Shown piece by piece: positions 41,921-52,757 of a stretch of DNA of 64,000 nucleotides. The stretch is from an uncultured Gemmatimonadales bacterium (GTDB taxonomy: Bacteria; Gemmatimonadota; Gemmatimonadetes; Gemmatimonadales; GWC2-71-9). The position numbers and the translations under genes were made by a program. The stretch is from assembly GCA_963730185.1 (NCBI GenBank), contig CAVSQW010000006.1:480001-544000 (forward strand). The letters are read 5' to 3'. The first letter of the stretch is position 1. Each line of letters opens with the position of its first letter. The notes under the pieces were generated by a model that searched no databases, was not told the origin of the DNA, and saw only the letters and a program-made list of their open reading frames with translations.

Positions 41921-44148
41921 GTGGTACATACCCGTCACTGGAATCCCCTGACATGGGGACTGTGCCTCGTCGCGAGCCTGACCGGGCTCGCCGGTTGCGG
42001 GGTCGATCCAGCCCCGACCGGGACGGACGGCGCCGGCCGCCCCGGGCTGGCGAGGGCCGCGGGGCCGCCCAATCACTTCCAGTTCTACAACATCCTCTTC
42101 ATGTACCCCCTGGGCGTTCCCACCCGGAGCCCGATCGGGGTCCAAGTGCTCGATTCGGCTGGAATCGCGATCAGCGGCCTCAAGGTGTCCTCCCTCGTGG
42201 ATTCCGGCGGCGGCGTCATCGAGACGCTGCCGAACCCGGACCCGACCCTCGCCGGCGACCCGATCTTCGCGTCCTGGCTGCTGGGCGATTCCCTCATGCG
42301 CCAGGTGGCCCACGTCGAGGCCGGCGGGATCCGGTCGGAGAACCTCGTCGTGCTGGGCACGGTGGGTAAGGTGACCCTGGTGAGTGGTGGCGGTCAGCAG
42401 GGTCGACCCGGCGGGGCGGTGCCGGACCCGGTGGTGGTTCAGGCGGCGACGGCCACCGGCAAGCGGCTCGGCGCGGGCTTCGCGGTGTTCTTCCGGCCGC
42501 TCGACACCCTCGCCCAGGTAAAGGCCTCGCACTCGGTGCTGACCGACGATCAAGGCCTTGCCACTCAGGCGGTGCCCTGGATCCTGGAGGCCAAGCCGGG
42601 CCTCAACACGATGCTGGTGCAGGGCAAGTTCGCCCAGGTTCAGATCCAGGTTCACGCCGAGGGGGTGGCGCCGAAGCCGGAGCGGACCCGGGAACCGGAC
42701 CGCGCTGTTCACCGGGTTCGCGACGCCGACCGTCCTCCAGGCCGTGACCCCGGTCTCGCAGGCGGTCAACGCCGGCACCGCGATCCTGCCCGCGCCGGGG
42801 GTCCGAGCCTTCGACGCCGATGGGGTGCCGCTCGCGGGGGTGCCGATCGATGACAGTGGCATCGGGCCAGGGGCACCTCGACGGCGGCACCGGAGCCACC
42901 GGCCCGGACGGGATCTTCCAGGCACAAGGCTGGGTGGCGGGGGCAACACCGGGCGACAACGTCGTGCAGGCGACGACCGAGGGGCTCCCGGGCACCGCGG
43001 CGTTCACCGCCGTCGGACTGAGCGACCAGCCTGCTTCCGTCTCGGCCTGGGCCGGAGACGGGGCCACCGGATACGCCGGCAACTTCGTCGCCGTCTCGCC
43101 GGCGGTGCGGGTGCTGGATGGGCAGGGGCGGCCGGTCGCGGGGCCGACGGTCGGGTGGGAGGTCATCGCCGGCAACGGGACGATCTCGGCCAGCGCCACG
43201 ACGGTCGACGCCGACGGCGTCGGCACCCTGCCGAGCTGGCGGTGGGGGCTTCCCGGCCCCCAGATGGTCCGCGCTACCGTGGCCGGCCAGCCGCCGGTGA
43301 CGTTCCACGGAAACGCGGCGGCCGTTCCACCCAGCGAATTCGGGATCGAGATCCGCTATTCCGCAGGGCCGCCGACCCACTCCCAGGACTCGATCTTCCA
43401 CCTGGCGGCGGCGCGGTGGGGGCTTCTCGTGGTGGGCGACCTGACCGACCAGCCGATCGACCTGCCCGCGGACCCGGCCGGCTGCTTCCCCGCTCTCCAC
43501 GAGACCGTCGACGACCTGGTCATCTTCGTCGAGCTGGTCGACATCGACGGGGCCGGCGGGATCCTCGGCGCCTCGGGCGCGTGCCTGGCCCGGGAGGAGG
43601 ACCTCCTGCCCGCCGTCGGCATCCTCCTCCTAGACCGGGCCGACGTCTTCGCCCTCGAGAACCGGGGGCTCCTGGCCGACGTCATGGTCCACGAGATGGG
43701 CCACATTCTCGGCTTCACCGAGACCGAGTTTCGCCTCAAGGGACTGTATGCCGAGCGCCCGGTGGGCAACCCGCTTTACCTCGGGCCGTCCGCCCAGGCG
43801 GCCTACGCGGCCGTGGCGCCGGCCGGCACCGTGTCGTTCCTGGTGCCCCTGGAGAATTCCGGTGGTCCGGGCACCCGGAGCTCTCATTGGCGGGAATCGA
43901 TCCTTCACAGCGAGCTGATGACGGGCTACATCGACCCGGTCAATCGGCTGAGCGCAATCACCGTCGCGGTGTTCCGCGACCTCGGCTACCGGGTGAACGA
44001 CCTGCCCGCCGATCCGTTCGACTTCGCGACTCTTCTCCAGGCGGCAAGCCGGCTCGCCGGCCCGGCCGTCCAGGTCCGGACCAGCCCCTGGAACGGCCCT
44101 CTTCGGACGATCGACCGGCACGGCCGGGTGGTCCGGACGTTCCGCTAG
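41921..44148 (+). CDS. Lipoprotein with Ig-like repeats and a C-terminal leishmanolysin (M8)-like zinc metallopeptidase; frameshifts near 42670 and 42845
   Basis: Lipobox LAGC; repeated VSGGGQQG...DPVVV and GDGATG...PAVRVLDGQGRPV Ig-like units; HEMGHILG, SHWRES and ELMTGY motifs. Confidence 0.78.
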
Positions 44149-45671
44149 CCGCGAAGCGCCCGCACCGCCTCGATGGTGTCGGCCTCGGCGGCTGACTTGT
44201 CCGGCCGATAGCCCTTGATCCGCGCGAAGCGGAGGGTCACCCCGCCGGGGTACTGGGAGCTCTCCTGGACCTCGTTGAAGGCGACCTCCACCACCAGCTC
44301 GGGTCGAACCCGCACCACCCGACCCTCCCGCCCCGTCTCGCGGGCCAGCAGCTCCCGGGTCTGCCAGGCCAGGATCTCGTCGGTCATTCCCTTGAAGGTC
44401 TTCCCCAGCATCACGACCCCGCCGGTGGCGGGGTCGCGGGCGCCGAGGTGAAGGTTGCTGAGCCAGCCCCGGCGGCGCCCCGACCCCCACTCGGCCGCCA
44501 GCACAATGAGGTCGAGGGTCCGGGCCCGCTTGATCTTGAGCCAGGCGCCGCCCCGCCGGCCCGCGGCGTAGGGCGCGTCGAGCGCCTTCGCCATCACCCC
44601 CTCGTGTCCCCGCGCCAAGGCGTCGGCCTCGAACGCGAGGGCCGGGTCGAGACGATCCGTCACGAGACGGGTTACGATCAGATCCGGCGGCAGGACGGCC
44701 GCCAGACGGTCGCCGCGCTCGGCGTAGGGATGGTCGAGCAGATCCTGACCCTCGGCGTGGAGCAGGTCGAAGAAGAACGGCGTGAGCGGCAGCTCCTGGC
44801 GGAGAGCGTCGACGTCGAGCTTCCGGCCGAACCGGCGCATCGTTTCCTGGAACGGCCGCGGGCGCCCGTCCGCCGCGAGCGCGATGACTTCGCCGTCGAG
44901 GATCACGCGCTCGGCCGCCAGCGGCCGGATCAGCTCCACCACGTCGGGCACCGCGTCCGTCACGTCGTTCAGGTTCCGGGTGAAGACCCGGACCTCGGCG
45001 CCCGACTTGTGGACCTGAATCCTGGCCCCGTCGAGCTTGAGCTCGAACCCCGCCCGGCCGAGTTGACCGAGAGCGTCCGGCACGTCGCGGGCCGAGCCCG
45101 CCAGCATCGGCTGGACCGGCCGGAAGAGCTCCAGCCGGTAGCCGGCCAGTCCCGCCGCGCCCTCGGTCATCGCCACCCGCGCCACGACGCCGAGATCGCC
45201 GGCCAGCATCGTGGCCCGCCGAACCGAGGCCGCCGGGAGGCCCGCAGCCTTGGCCACGGCATCGGCCATCACGCCCCCGAGCGCGCCCTGCCGAACCTCG
45301 CCCAGCGCCAGCGCGCCGAGAAAGGCCCGCTCCCTGGGCGTGGCCCGATCGAGGAGCTCCCCGATCAGTCGCTGCCGCTCGGCGGCGGCGCCCTTCCCCT
45401 TCACCCGGCTGATTCGATCGAAGGCCTGGTCGACATCGGCCAGCAACAGGTCGGCGGACAGCTCGGTGATCTCCGGGCGGGCATCGCGGAGGGTGGCCCA
45501 CCCGACGCCCAGCCGCCCCTGGCGCGGGGTCCCGACGAGGAAGCCCACGGCGATCGGGATCTCGTCCGGGGCGAGTCGGGAGATCAGATCTGCGAGCCGG
45601 CCGACCTTGTCGAGGCGGCCGGTCGTCGCGGCGACCCGTTCGGAAACGGCGACCAGCTGGGCGAGGCGCAT
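44145..45671 (-). CDS. lig: ATP-dependent DNA ligase (LigB/Cdc9-like)
   Basis: PMLA, ELKLDGARIQVH (adenylated Lys), LDGEV, FFDLL, EGVMAK, WLKIK and LRFARI..YRPDK motifs. Confidence 0.95.
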   Translation of the reverse strand: MRLAQLVAVSERVAATTGRLDKVGRLADLISRLAPDEIPIAVGFLVGTPRQGRLGVGWATLRDARPEITELSADLLLADVDQAFDRISRVKGKGAAAERQRLIGELLDRATPRERAFLGALALGEVRQGALGGVMADAVAKAAGLPAASVRRATMLAGDLGVVARVAMTEGAAGLAGYRLELFRPVQPMLAGSARDVPDALGQLGRAGFELKLDGARIQVHKSGAEVRVFTRNLNDVTDAVPDVVELIRPLAAERVILDGEVIALAADGRPRPFQETMRRFGRKLDVDALRQELPLTPFFFDLLHAEGQDLLDHPYAERGDRLAAVLPPDLIVTRLVTDRLDPALAFEADALARGHEGVMAKALDAPYAAGRRGGAWLKIKRARTLDLIVLAAEWGSGRRRGWLSNLHLGARDPATGGVVMLGKTFKGMTDEILAWQTRELLARETGREGRVVRVRPELVVEVAFNEVQESSQYPGGVTLRFARIKGYRPDKSAAEADTIEAVRALRG

Positions 45672-45723
45672 CGTCAGGGCGTCGCCGAGAAGGGGCGCAT
45701 CGCCCGACTCCATCGCCTCGGGG

Positions 45724-46848
45724 TCAGAGTCTGGGCGCCCTCACCCCGCCCGTGGGCACCCACCGGCAGCCCGCATCGTCGATGCCGAAGCCGAGGATCT
45801 CGGACCGCACCCGGTCGTCGTCGGTCACCGTGCGGGAGAAGACGAAGAGCGAGTCGCCCTGAAAGGCGGGGAGCGACAGCAGGTCGCCGGCCACCGGAAC
45901 CCGGGCGTCGACGCAAGCCTGGCTCAGGTCCGGCGACAGCAGTGACACGTAGTAACGATAGTTGATGAAGTCGGTGGGCCGGTCCCGGGACGCTTGGTCG
46001 ACATCGAGGTACACGGCGGCGAGCTCACCGGTCGCGAGTCGGTGCAGGCCGGCGCTGAGAGAGCCCACCGGCTGAAAGGGGGTGGCCCCGGCGGCGGCGA
46101 TCCGTCGGCGCTGGCGGTCGAACAGGTCGTCCGGGTCGCCCCGACGGTCGCGCCAGGGAATCGTCACGAAGCCCACCAGCCGCCCCGAGCGATCGAGGAT
46201 CTCGAGGCCGGGCTCGGTGGGAAGCTGCGCCAGGTAGCCGTCGGTGGTCGGGACGACTTCCGAGCGCCCGTGCCGGATCGTGATCGGCATCGCGGTGAGC
46301 AACCGAGCCGGTGTGGTCCCCAGCGTCACCATGGAATCGGTCTCGAGGCTCCATCGAACCACCATCGCCCGCGCCAGATGGGCCGCAAAGATCACGGTGT
46401 CGCCCCGGCGGGTCCAGCCCTGCCCCACGTCCTGAACCGGCAGCGGCACGAGCCGGACGAACGAACGGTCGACCAGCGAGAAGAGCGTCAGGCGCCGGAG
46501 GCCGATGTCGCTCACGGCCAGGAGCGACCCCGCAACGACGCCGGTCGCGGCCGGGAGGCGAAGCTCGCCGGGCCCGCTCCCCGGTCGGCCCAGGACCCCC
46601 ACCAAGCCGCCGACCGGCGAGAACTGGACCACCCGCCCCCGATCGACGTCGGTAACGAACGACGAGCCGTCGGCCCCTCGGCTCAAGAAGGTGAAGTTGC
46701 CGATCGGGAGGTCCCCCGGCTCCTCGACTCGCACCGGCGCCAGCCGCACCAGCGACGGCCCCGCGGCGTCGCTGATGGGACCGTCGGCGGTGCGCGCGCA
46801 CGCGCCGACGAGGGCCAGGATGCCCGACAACCATCTGCGGCCGGTCAT
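45724..46848 (-). CDS. Hypothetical lipoprotein, six-bladed beta-propeller-like
   Basis: Lipobox VGAC; FVTDVDRGRVVQF...LGRPGSGPGELRLP...LAVSDIGLRRLTLF (NHL/6-blade-type repeat). Confidence 0.7.
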   Translation of the reverse strand: MTGRRWLSGILALVGACARTADGPISDAAGPSLVRLAPVRVEEPGDLPIGNFTFLSRGADGSSFVTDVDRGRVVQFSPVGGLVGVLGRPGSGPGELRLPAATGVVAGSLLAVSDIGLRRLTLFSLVDRSFVRLVPLPVQDVGQGWTRRGDTVIFAAHLARAMVVRWSLETDSMVTLGTTPARLLTAMPITIRHGRSEVVPTTDGYLAQLPTEPGLEILDRSGRLVGFVTIPWRDRRGDPDDLFDRQRRRIAAAGATPFQPVGSLSAGLHRLATGELAAVYLDVDQASRDRPTDFINYRYYVSLLSPDLSQACVDARVPVAGDLLSLPAFQGDSLFVFSRTVTDDDRVRSEILGFGIDDAGCRWVPTGGVRAPRL

Positions 46849-47134
46849 GGGGAACGATCTCCGGGGACGGAACGGGGACTTCGGGAGCTCCAAAGACAAG
46901 ATAGGGTGGTCGGGGAGGGCTGGGCCAGCGGGATTGATCGGAAAGGTCCGGCCGGGTCCGTCCAATCCTGGGTAGGTTTCGCCGGCGGTTCGGGGGGCCG
47001 GCAACCAAATGCCAGCCAAGGGCGCATCCCTTCGGCCCCCTCGCGCATCTAAGACGTGGCCGGACACCTCGTGGACCGGCACCCGAGCCTCGGGGCCTGA
47101 CGCCCCGTCCCACGCGCGGTAAGATCATAAGGCT

Positions 47135-48448
47135 ATGACACGATTCCGGCTCTCCCTGCCGTCCCTCGCCGCGTTCCTGCTGACCATGGCATCGCCGGCC
47201 GGGGCGCAGACTCGCGCCGTGACCCTCGCCGAGGCGATTCAGCGGGCCGAGACGATCGACCCGACGCTGACTCAGGCGGAATCCAGCATCAAGACCACCG
47301 GCGCGACGGTCCGGGCGCAGTACGGCAATTTCCTTCCGCGCCTCCAGGCCACCAGTCAGTACAACTCGCTCTTCTCCAGCGGACCCGATCGAATCAACCC
47401 GGTCACCAACGAGGTGATCAGCGGCAACACCACGGCCACCACGGTCACCTTCGGCGCCGAGGCCCAGCTCAACCTCAACAGCGGGTTCCAGCTCTTCACC
47501 GGCCTGAGCGCCGCCAAGGCCCAGCGCGACCAGGCCGAAGCCAGCTACGACCAGCAGCGGGCCAATCTGGCGCTCCAGACCACGAACACGTTCCTCGACG
47601 CCCTCCAGGCCGCCGACGTGGTGCGGGTTCGTGAAGCCGCCGTTCAGCGGGCCGAGGAACAGTTCCGCGTGGCGATGGCCAAGCTGGAGACCCGGGCGGG
47701 CACCGTGGTGGACTCGCTCCAGTCCGCGATCACGCTCGGTCAGGCTCAGTTGGCGGTGTATGAGGCGCAGGCCCAGGTGGCCGCCAACCAGGCGCTCCTG
47801 GCCCGAGTCGTCGGTGAGGAAGGCCAGGTGGAGGCGGTGCCCGACTCGAGCCTCTTCGAGTTCTATCGAATCAGCGATACCGCCGCCCTGATCGCCGAAG
47901 CGGGCAGCCGCTCGCCGCAGGTGATCGCGGCCGAAGCCGGCCTCCGGGCGGCGCACAGCCAACTCAAGGGCGCCAAGTCGTCCTACCTGCCACTCCCCTC
48001 GCTCAGCTTGAGCCTGGGGAGCAACTACCGCGGCCCCGGCGACTATCAGCGGCTCAGCAACCGGGGGATCACCCTAACCGGGACCTGGACCCTGTTCGAC
48101 GGCTTCGGCCGGGAACGGCAAGTGTCCCAAGCGGCGGCCCAGCTGGAGAACGCCGAGGCCACCGCCTCCGACCGGCACCGTGAGGCGCAGGCCCAGATGA
48201 TCGGGCAGATCGCGAACCTCCACGCGGCGGAGCAACGGCTGACCCTGTCGCAACAGGTGCTCCAGGCCTCGCGCGCCAATCTCCAGGTCCAGCTGGAACG
48301 CTACCGTCTCGGGACCGTTCGGAGCGAGGACGTGAACATCGCTCAGGACAAGCTCAACCAGGCCGAGCTCGACGCGGTGCTGGCGCGGTATGCCTACGTC
48401 CGGGCCAAGGCGCAGATCGAGGCCGTGCTGGGACGGCGGCTCAGGTAG
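47135..48448 (+). CDS. TolC family outer membrane efflux protein
   Basis: Signal peptide; TLAEAIQRA, two OEP repeats (NFLPRL and SYLPLPSL), WTLFDGF, ERYRLG. Confidence 0.92.
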   Translation: MTRFRLSLPSLAAFLLTMASPAGAQTRAVTLAEAIQRAETIDPTLTQAESSIKTTGATVRAQYGNFLPRLQATSQYNSLFSSGPDRINPVTNEVISGNTTATTVTFGAEAQLNLNSGFQLFTGLSAAKAQRDQAEASYDQQRANLALQTTNTFLDALQAADVVRVREAAVQRAEEQFRVAMAKLETRAGTVVDSLQSAITLGQAQLAVYEAQAQVAANQALLARVVGEEGQVEAVPDSSLFEFYRISDTAALIAEAGSRSPQVIAAEAGLRAAHSQLKGAKSSYLPLPSLSLSLGSNYRGPGDYQRLSNRGITLTGTWTLFDGFGRERQVSQAAAQLENAEATASDRHREAQAQMIGQIANLHAAEQRLTLSQQVLQASRANLQVQLERYRLGTVRSEDVNIAQDKLNQAELDAVLARYAYVRAKAQIEAVLGRRLR

Positions 48449-48520
48449 ATCGGGAGACGGGGAGGGACGGGGAGGGACGGGGAGGGACGGGGGGTTGGGA
48501 ACATACTCGAGATCGGGAGA
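48447..48520 (+). repeat. 11-bp G-rich tandem repeat bracketed by AGATCGGGAGA direct repeats
   Basis: GACGGGGAGGG-type unit about 3.5 times between the tolC stop and the MFP start; AGATCGGGAGA at 48447 and 48510. Confidence 0.7.
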
Positions 48521-48524
48521 GGGA

Positions 48525-49646
48525 ATGGCTCCACTCAGGGTGGGTGCGACCTCGTTGATGCTGGCGGCGGTGGTGGTGGCGGGGGCGTGCAAGGGCAAAT
48601 CCGACGACGACGCCGCGGCGGCCAAAGCCGACACCCTCGCGGCGACGAGTGGGATGACGCTGCCGGTGGTCGGCGCGCCGGTCCGGAAGGGCGACCTGGT
48701 CCTGACGGTCACCACCACGGGACAGGTGCACTCCGACGCGGTCGCCACGCTTCGGAGTGAAACCCAGGGGCCGATCACCGCGGTCCTGGTCCGGCCGGGG
48801 CAGCGGGTCAAGCAGGGCGACCCGCTGGTGCAGGTGGACCCTCGCCTCCTCGACATCGCGGTGGCGCAAGCGCAGGCCGGCTACGAGAAGGCCCGGCTCA
48901 ATGTGCTCGACAACACCGTCCCGGACTCGATCGTGACCGGCAAGGCGGTCACTGGTGTGCGGCTCCGAAACGCGGAGATCCGGGCCGGCCTCGACGAGGC
49001 CAAGGCGGCGCTCGCCAAGGCCAAGCTCGACCGCGAGAAGGCGACCGTCACCGCGCCGTTCGACGGGACCATCGACGAGGTCAAGGTCGCGGTCGGCGCC
49101 CGGCTCAACCAAGGTGACGAGGTCGCCAAGATCGTGGACCTCTCGAACCTCCGGATCGAGGCCCAGGTACTGGAGCACGATCTCCCCTACATCAAGCTGG
49201 GCGGTGAGGCCTTCATCACCGCCGCCGCGATGCCCGAGAAGTCGATCCGGGGCCGGGTGACGGCCATCCTGCCGCTGGTCGACAGCTCGACCCGCGCCGG
49301 GCGCGCCGTGATCCGGGCCCCGGGCGACGGCGTGCTTCGCCCCGGGATGTACGCGGACGTCCGGCTCGAAGCGACTCGGCTCCCTAACCGGATCATCGTT
49401 CCCGCTCCCGCGATCATCGAGCGAGACGGCCGCCCCCTGGTGTTCGTGGTGAAAGACGGCCGGGCCCAGTGGGTGTACATCAACCCGGGCCGGTCCAACG
49501 GCACCGACACCGAGGTGCTACCCGACAGCACCACCGGCCAGATCCCGCTCCAACCCGGCGACACGGTGATCGTCGAAGGCCACCTGACGCTGACCCACGA
49601 CGCGCCGGTCCGGCTGGTCGCCAAGGCCGAGCGAAAGGGGAGCTGA
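48525..49646 (+). CDS. RND efflux periplasmic adaptor (MFP) lipoprotein
   Basis: Lipobox AGAC; VRPGQRVKQGDPL, TAPFDGTI, LRPGMY and LQPGDTVIVEG motifs. Confidence 0.92.
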   Translation: MAPLRVGATSLMLAAVVVAGACKGKSDDDAAAAKADTLAATSGMTLPVVGAPVRKGDLVLTVTTTGQVHSDAVATLRSETQGPITAVLVRPGQRVKQGDPLVQVDPRLLDIAVAQAQAGYEKARLNVLDNTVPDSIVTGKAVTGVRLRNAEIRAGLDEAKAALAKAKLDREKATVTAPFDGTIDEVKVAVGARLNQGDEVAKIVDLSNLRIEAQVLEHDLPYIKLGGEAFITAAAMPEKSIRGRVTAILPLVDSSTRAGRAVIRAPGDGVLRPGMYADVRLEATRLPNRIIVPAPAIIERDGRPLVFVVKDGRAQWVYINPGRSNGTDTEVLPDSTTGQIPLQPGDTVIVEGHLTLTHDAPVRLVAKAERKGS

Positions 49647-49652
49647 CCGCTC

Positions 49653-52600
49653 GTGTCGATCGCCGCCGCCGCCCTTCGCCGGCCCGTCACCACCATTGCG
49701 GCCACGACGGCCCTCGTCCTCCTGGGAGCGGTGTCCCTGGGGCGCTTGCCGGTCTCCCTCTTGCCCGACGTGACGCTGCCGGTTCTCACCATCCGAACCA
49801 GCTATCCCGGCGCCGCGGCGCCCGAGGCCTCCCGGTTCGTGGCCGAGCCGATCGAGGAGGCGGTGGCGGCGACCCCCGGGTTGGTCGACGTGCGCTCGGT
49901 GAGCCGGAGCGGCGAGGTCACCACCACCCTCCGCTTCGCCTGGGGGACCGACATCCCGCGGACCGTGCTCGACATCCGGGAGCGGCTCGACAACGTGCGG
50001 GCCAGGCTCCCCGATCGAGCCGACCGGCCGGTCCTCCTGACCAGCGACCCGGGCGAGCGCCCGATCGCGGTGCTCGGCCTCACGGCGGCAGGCGACCTCC
50101 GAAGCATCGCCCGCCAGGCCAAGGACGTGCACGCCCGCCGGCTGGAGCAGCTGGCCGGGGTCGCCAGCGTCGCGGTGGTAGGCGATCCCAAAGACGAGAT
50201 CCGAGTCGACGTGGACCCGGAGCGGGCCCGGTCGCTCGGCATCACCCCGGGCGACGTGGCCACCGCGATCCAGAACGCCAACGTCGCGGCGCCCGGCGGC
50301 ACCGTGCGGCGCGGCCAGTTCCGGTACTCGCTCCGGGCCCTGACCGAGTTCCAGTCGGTCGCCCAGGTCGAGGAAACACCGGTCGGGCCGGCCCGCGCCG
50401 GGATCCGGCTCAAGGACATCGGGTCGGTCAGCTTCGGATTGGCCGATCCCAAGACCCTGACCACGCTGGACGGACGTCCGGCGGTCGGCCTGGTGATCTA
50501 CAAGGACGCGGGCGCCAACACGGTGGCGGTGACCCAGGATCTCTTCAAGGTGGTCGACCAGCTCACCAAGGAATTTCCCGAAACCCGAATCCAGCTGGTG
50601 GCGGCGCAGGCCGACTTCGTGGTGGCCGCGCTCAGCAACCTCGGCCAGGAGATTTTCATCGGCGGAGCGCTCTCGCTGATCGTGATCCTCCTCTTCCTCA
50701 AGGACTGGCGGGTGTCGCTCGCCATCGGCCTGATGGTCCCGCTCTCCGTGATGGTGGCGCTCACCCTGCTCCAGGTCATGGACGTCACCATCAACATCCT
50801 GTCGCTGGGCGGCTTGGCGCTCGGGGTGGGCCTCTTGGTCGACAACGCCATCGTCGTGGCGGAGGGTACCGGCCGCCATCTGGAGACCGGCAAATCCCGG
50901 GAGGAGGCAGCGCGGATCGCCAGCCGAGGAGGTCACCGGTCCCCTGGTCGCAGGCACCCTCACCACCCTGCTGGTGTTCGGCCCGATCGTGTTCGTCCGG
51001 GGGCTGGCGGCGGCGCTCTTCCGCGACTTGAGCCTGAGCGTGGTCGTGACGCTCACGGCCTCGCTGGTGCTGGCGCTGACGCTGATGCCGGTGATGATGA
51101 CGTGGGGGCGCGGACCGCCGGGCCGACGGGCCGAAGGCCGGGAAACGGGAGAGCCCGGGATTCTGGATCGAATCGGACATGCCTGCTCGGAATGGTACGA
51201 GCACGGCATGCTCTGGTCACTCCGGCATCCGGGCACCGTCTTCACGATGTCGGCAGTGCTCACCGTCCTGATGGTCGTGGTGACCATGCGGCTTCCCCGG
51301 GAGATCCTGCCGCAGGTGGACGAAGGCATCGCGGTCGCCCAGCTCAAGCTCCCGGAGGGCACCGTCGATCCAGGAGACCACCCGTCAGGTCAAGCGGATC
51401 GAGGCGGCGGCCGAGGCGCTGGGATCGAAGGGGATCTACAGCCGGATCGGGACCGCGACCGACGAAGAGGTCCTGGCCGGCGCCGATCCGGGCACCTCCG
51501 CCACCGCGCAGATGCTGATCCCCCTCCCCACCGACCGCTCGGCGACCCGCTTCGCGGACCAGCTGCGGGACGCGGTGCCGGATCTCTCGAGCGGGGCGCT
51601 GGCGATCGACCTGGCGGGACAGTCGGAATTCGGCAGCCTGATCGGCCGGGAGGGCCGCCTGGTCCGGGTCGAGGTCTCGGCCGCCCGGATCGAGGAGGCC
51701 GCCCAGTGGGCCGACACCGCGCGGGTCCACCTGGCCGACCTGCACCACCCTGGCCGACGTGCGCGACGCGTTCGCCAGCACCCAGCCCACCGTCGAAGTG
51801 ACCCTGGACCGGGCCCGGATCGCCCAGCACGGCATCTCCACCGACCAGGTCGCCAACGCCCTGGCCGGCGCCCTCGGCGGAGTCGAATCGGGCGAATTCC
51901 GCGAGCCCGACCGGCGGACCCCGATCATGGTCCGCTACACCGGCAACGCCAACGAGGACCTGGCGACCGCACTGGCTACCCCGGTGAACCGGATTCCGCT
52001 GGGCCAGCTGGTGAGCACCCGCGAGGTCCGGAGCCCGATCGAGGTGGTCCGGATCAACCAGCGCCCGGTGAGCGTGGTCGAGGCGATGGTCGAGCGGGGC
52101 GGCCTGGCCCGGGCCACCGACGACGTGACCCGGACCCTCGCCGGGCTCACGCCCCCGGCCGGGATCCAATGGACGGTGGGCGGCGCCGATGAGGAGCAGC
52201 GCCGGACCACCAGGGAGCTCACCCTGGTGGCGGTGCTCTCGGTGGCCCTGATGTTCCTGGTGCTGGCCGGCGAGTTCGCGTCGTTCACCACCCCGCTCCT
52301 GGTCATGCTGACCGTCCCGCTGGCCGGCGCCGGCGGGATTCTCGTTCTCTGGCTCACCGGCCAGAGCCTGAATGCGGTCGCGTTGATCGGCATCATCGTG
52401 ATGATCGGCATGGCCGACAACGAGGCGGTCGTGAAGCTCGACGCGATCCAGCGCTTCCGCGAGGCCGGCCACCCGATCGAGGAGGCCGTCCTGCTGGGAG
52501 GCCGCCAACGGCTCCGGGCCATCGCGATGACCTCGATCACCACCATCACCGGCGTGCTTCCACTCGTGTTCGGCTGGGGCAGTGGCGGCGCGCTCTACCA

Positions 52601-52757
52601 GCCCCTGGCGGCCGGGGTGATCGGCGGGTCGGTGACGGCGCTGGCGGTGACGTTCTTCCTGCTCCCGACGGCGTACGTGGTGGTGGAGCGCCGGAAGGAG
52701 CGGAAGGCGGCGGAGGCGGCCTTGCGGGCGGGTACGACGGCGGGGGCGACGACGTGA
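49653..52757 (+). CDS. RND efflux permease 1 (AcrB/AcrD/AcrF family), frameshifts near 50925, 51365 and 51745
   Basis: RRPVTT, YPGAAA...VAEPIEE, SLGGLALGVGLLVDNAIVV, RLRAIAMTSITT and PLAAGVIGG across ORFs 49653..51518, 50974..51801, 51512..52192 and 51759..52757. Confidence 0.88.

Noticed and set aside
5382..45671. A unified DNA-repair cluster (radical SAM, DUF72, TfoX-like, ATP-dependent ligase)
   Set aside because: The genes are separated by unrelated genes and differ in orientation; I saw the SOS-like repeat only at 5.2 kb.
46849..47134. Peptide precursor ORF between the propeller lipoprotein and tolC
   Set aside because: ORF 46845..47048 has no leader motif, RBS or coding-like composition; more likely a divergent promoter region.
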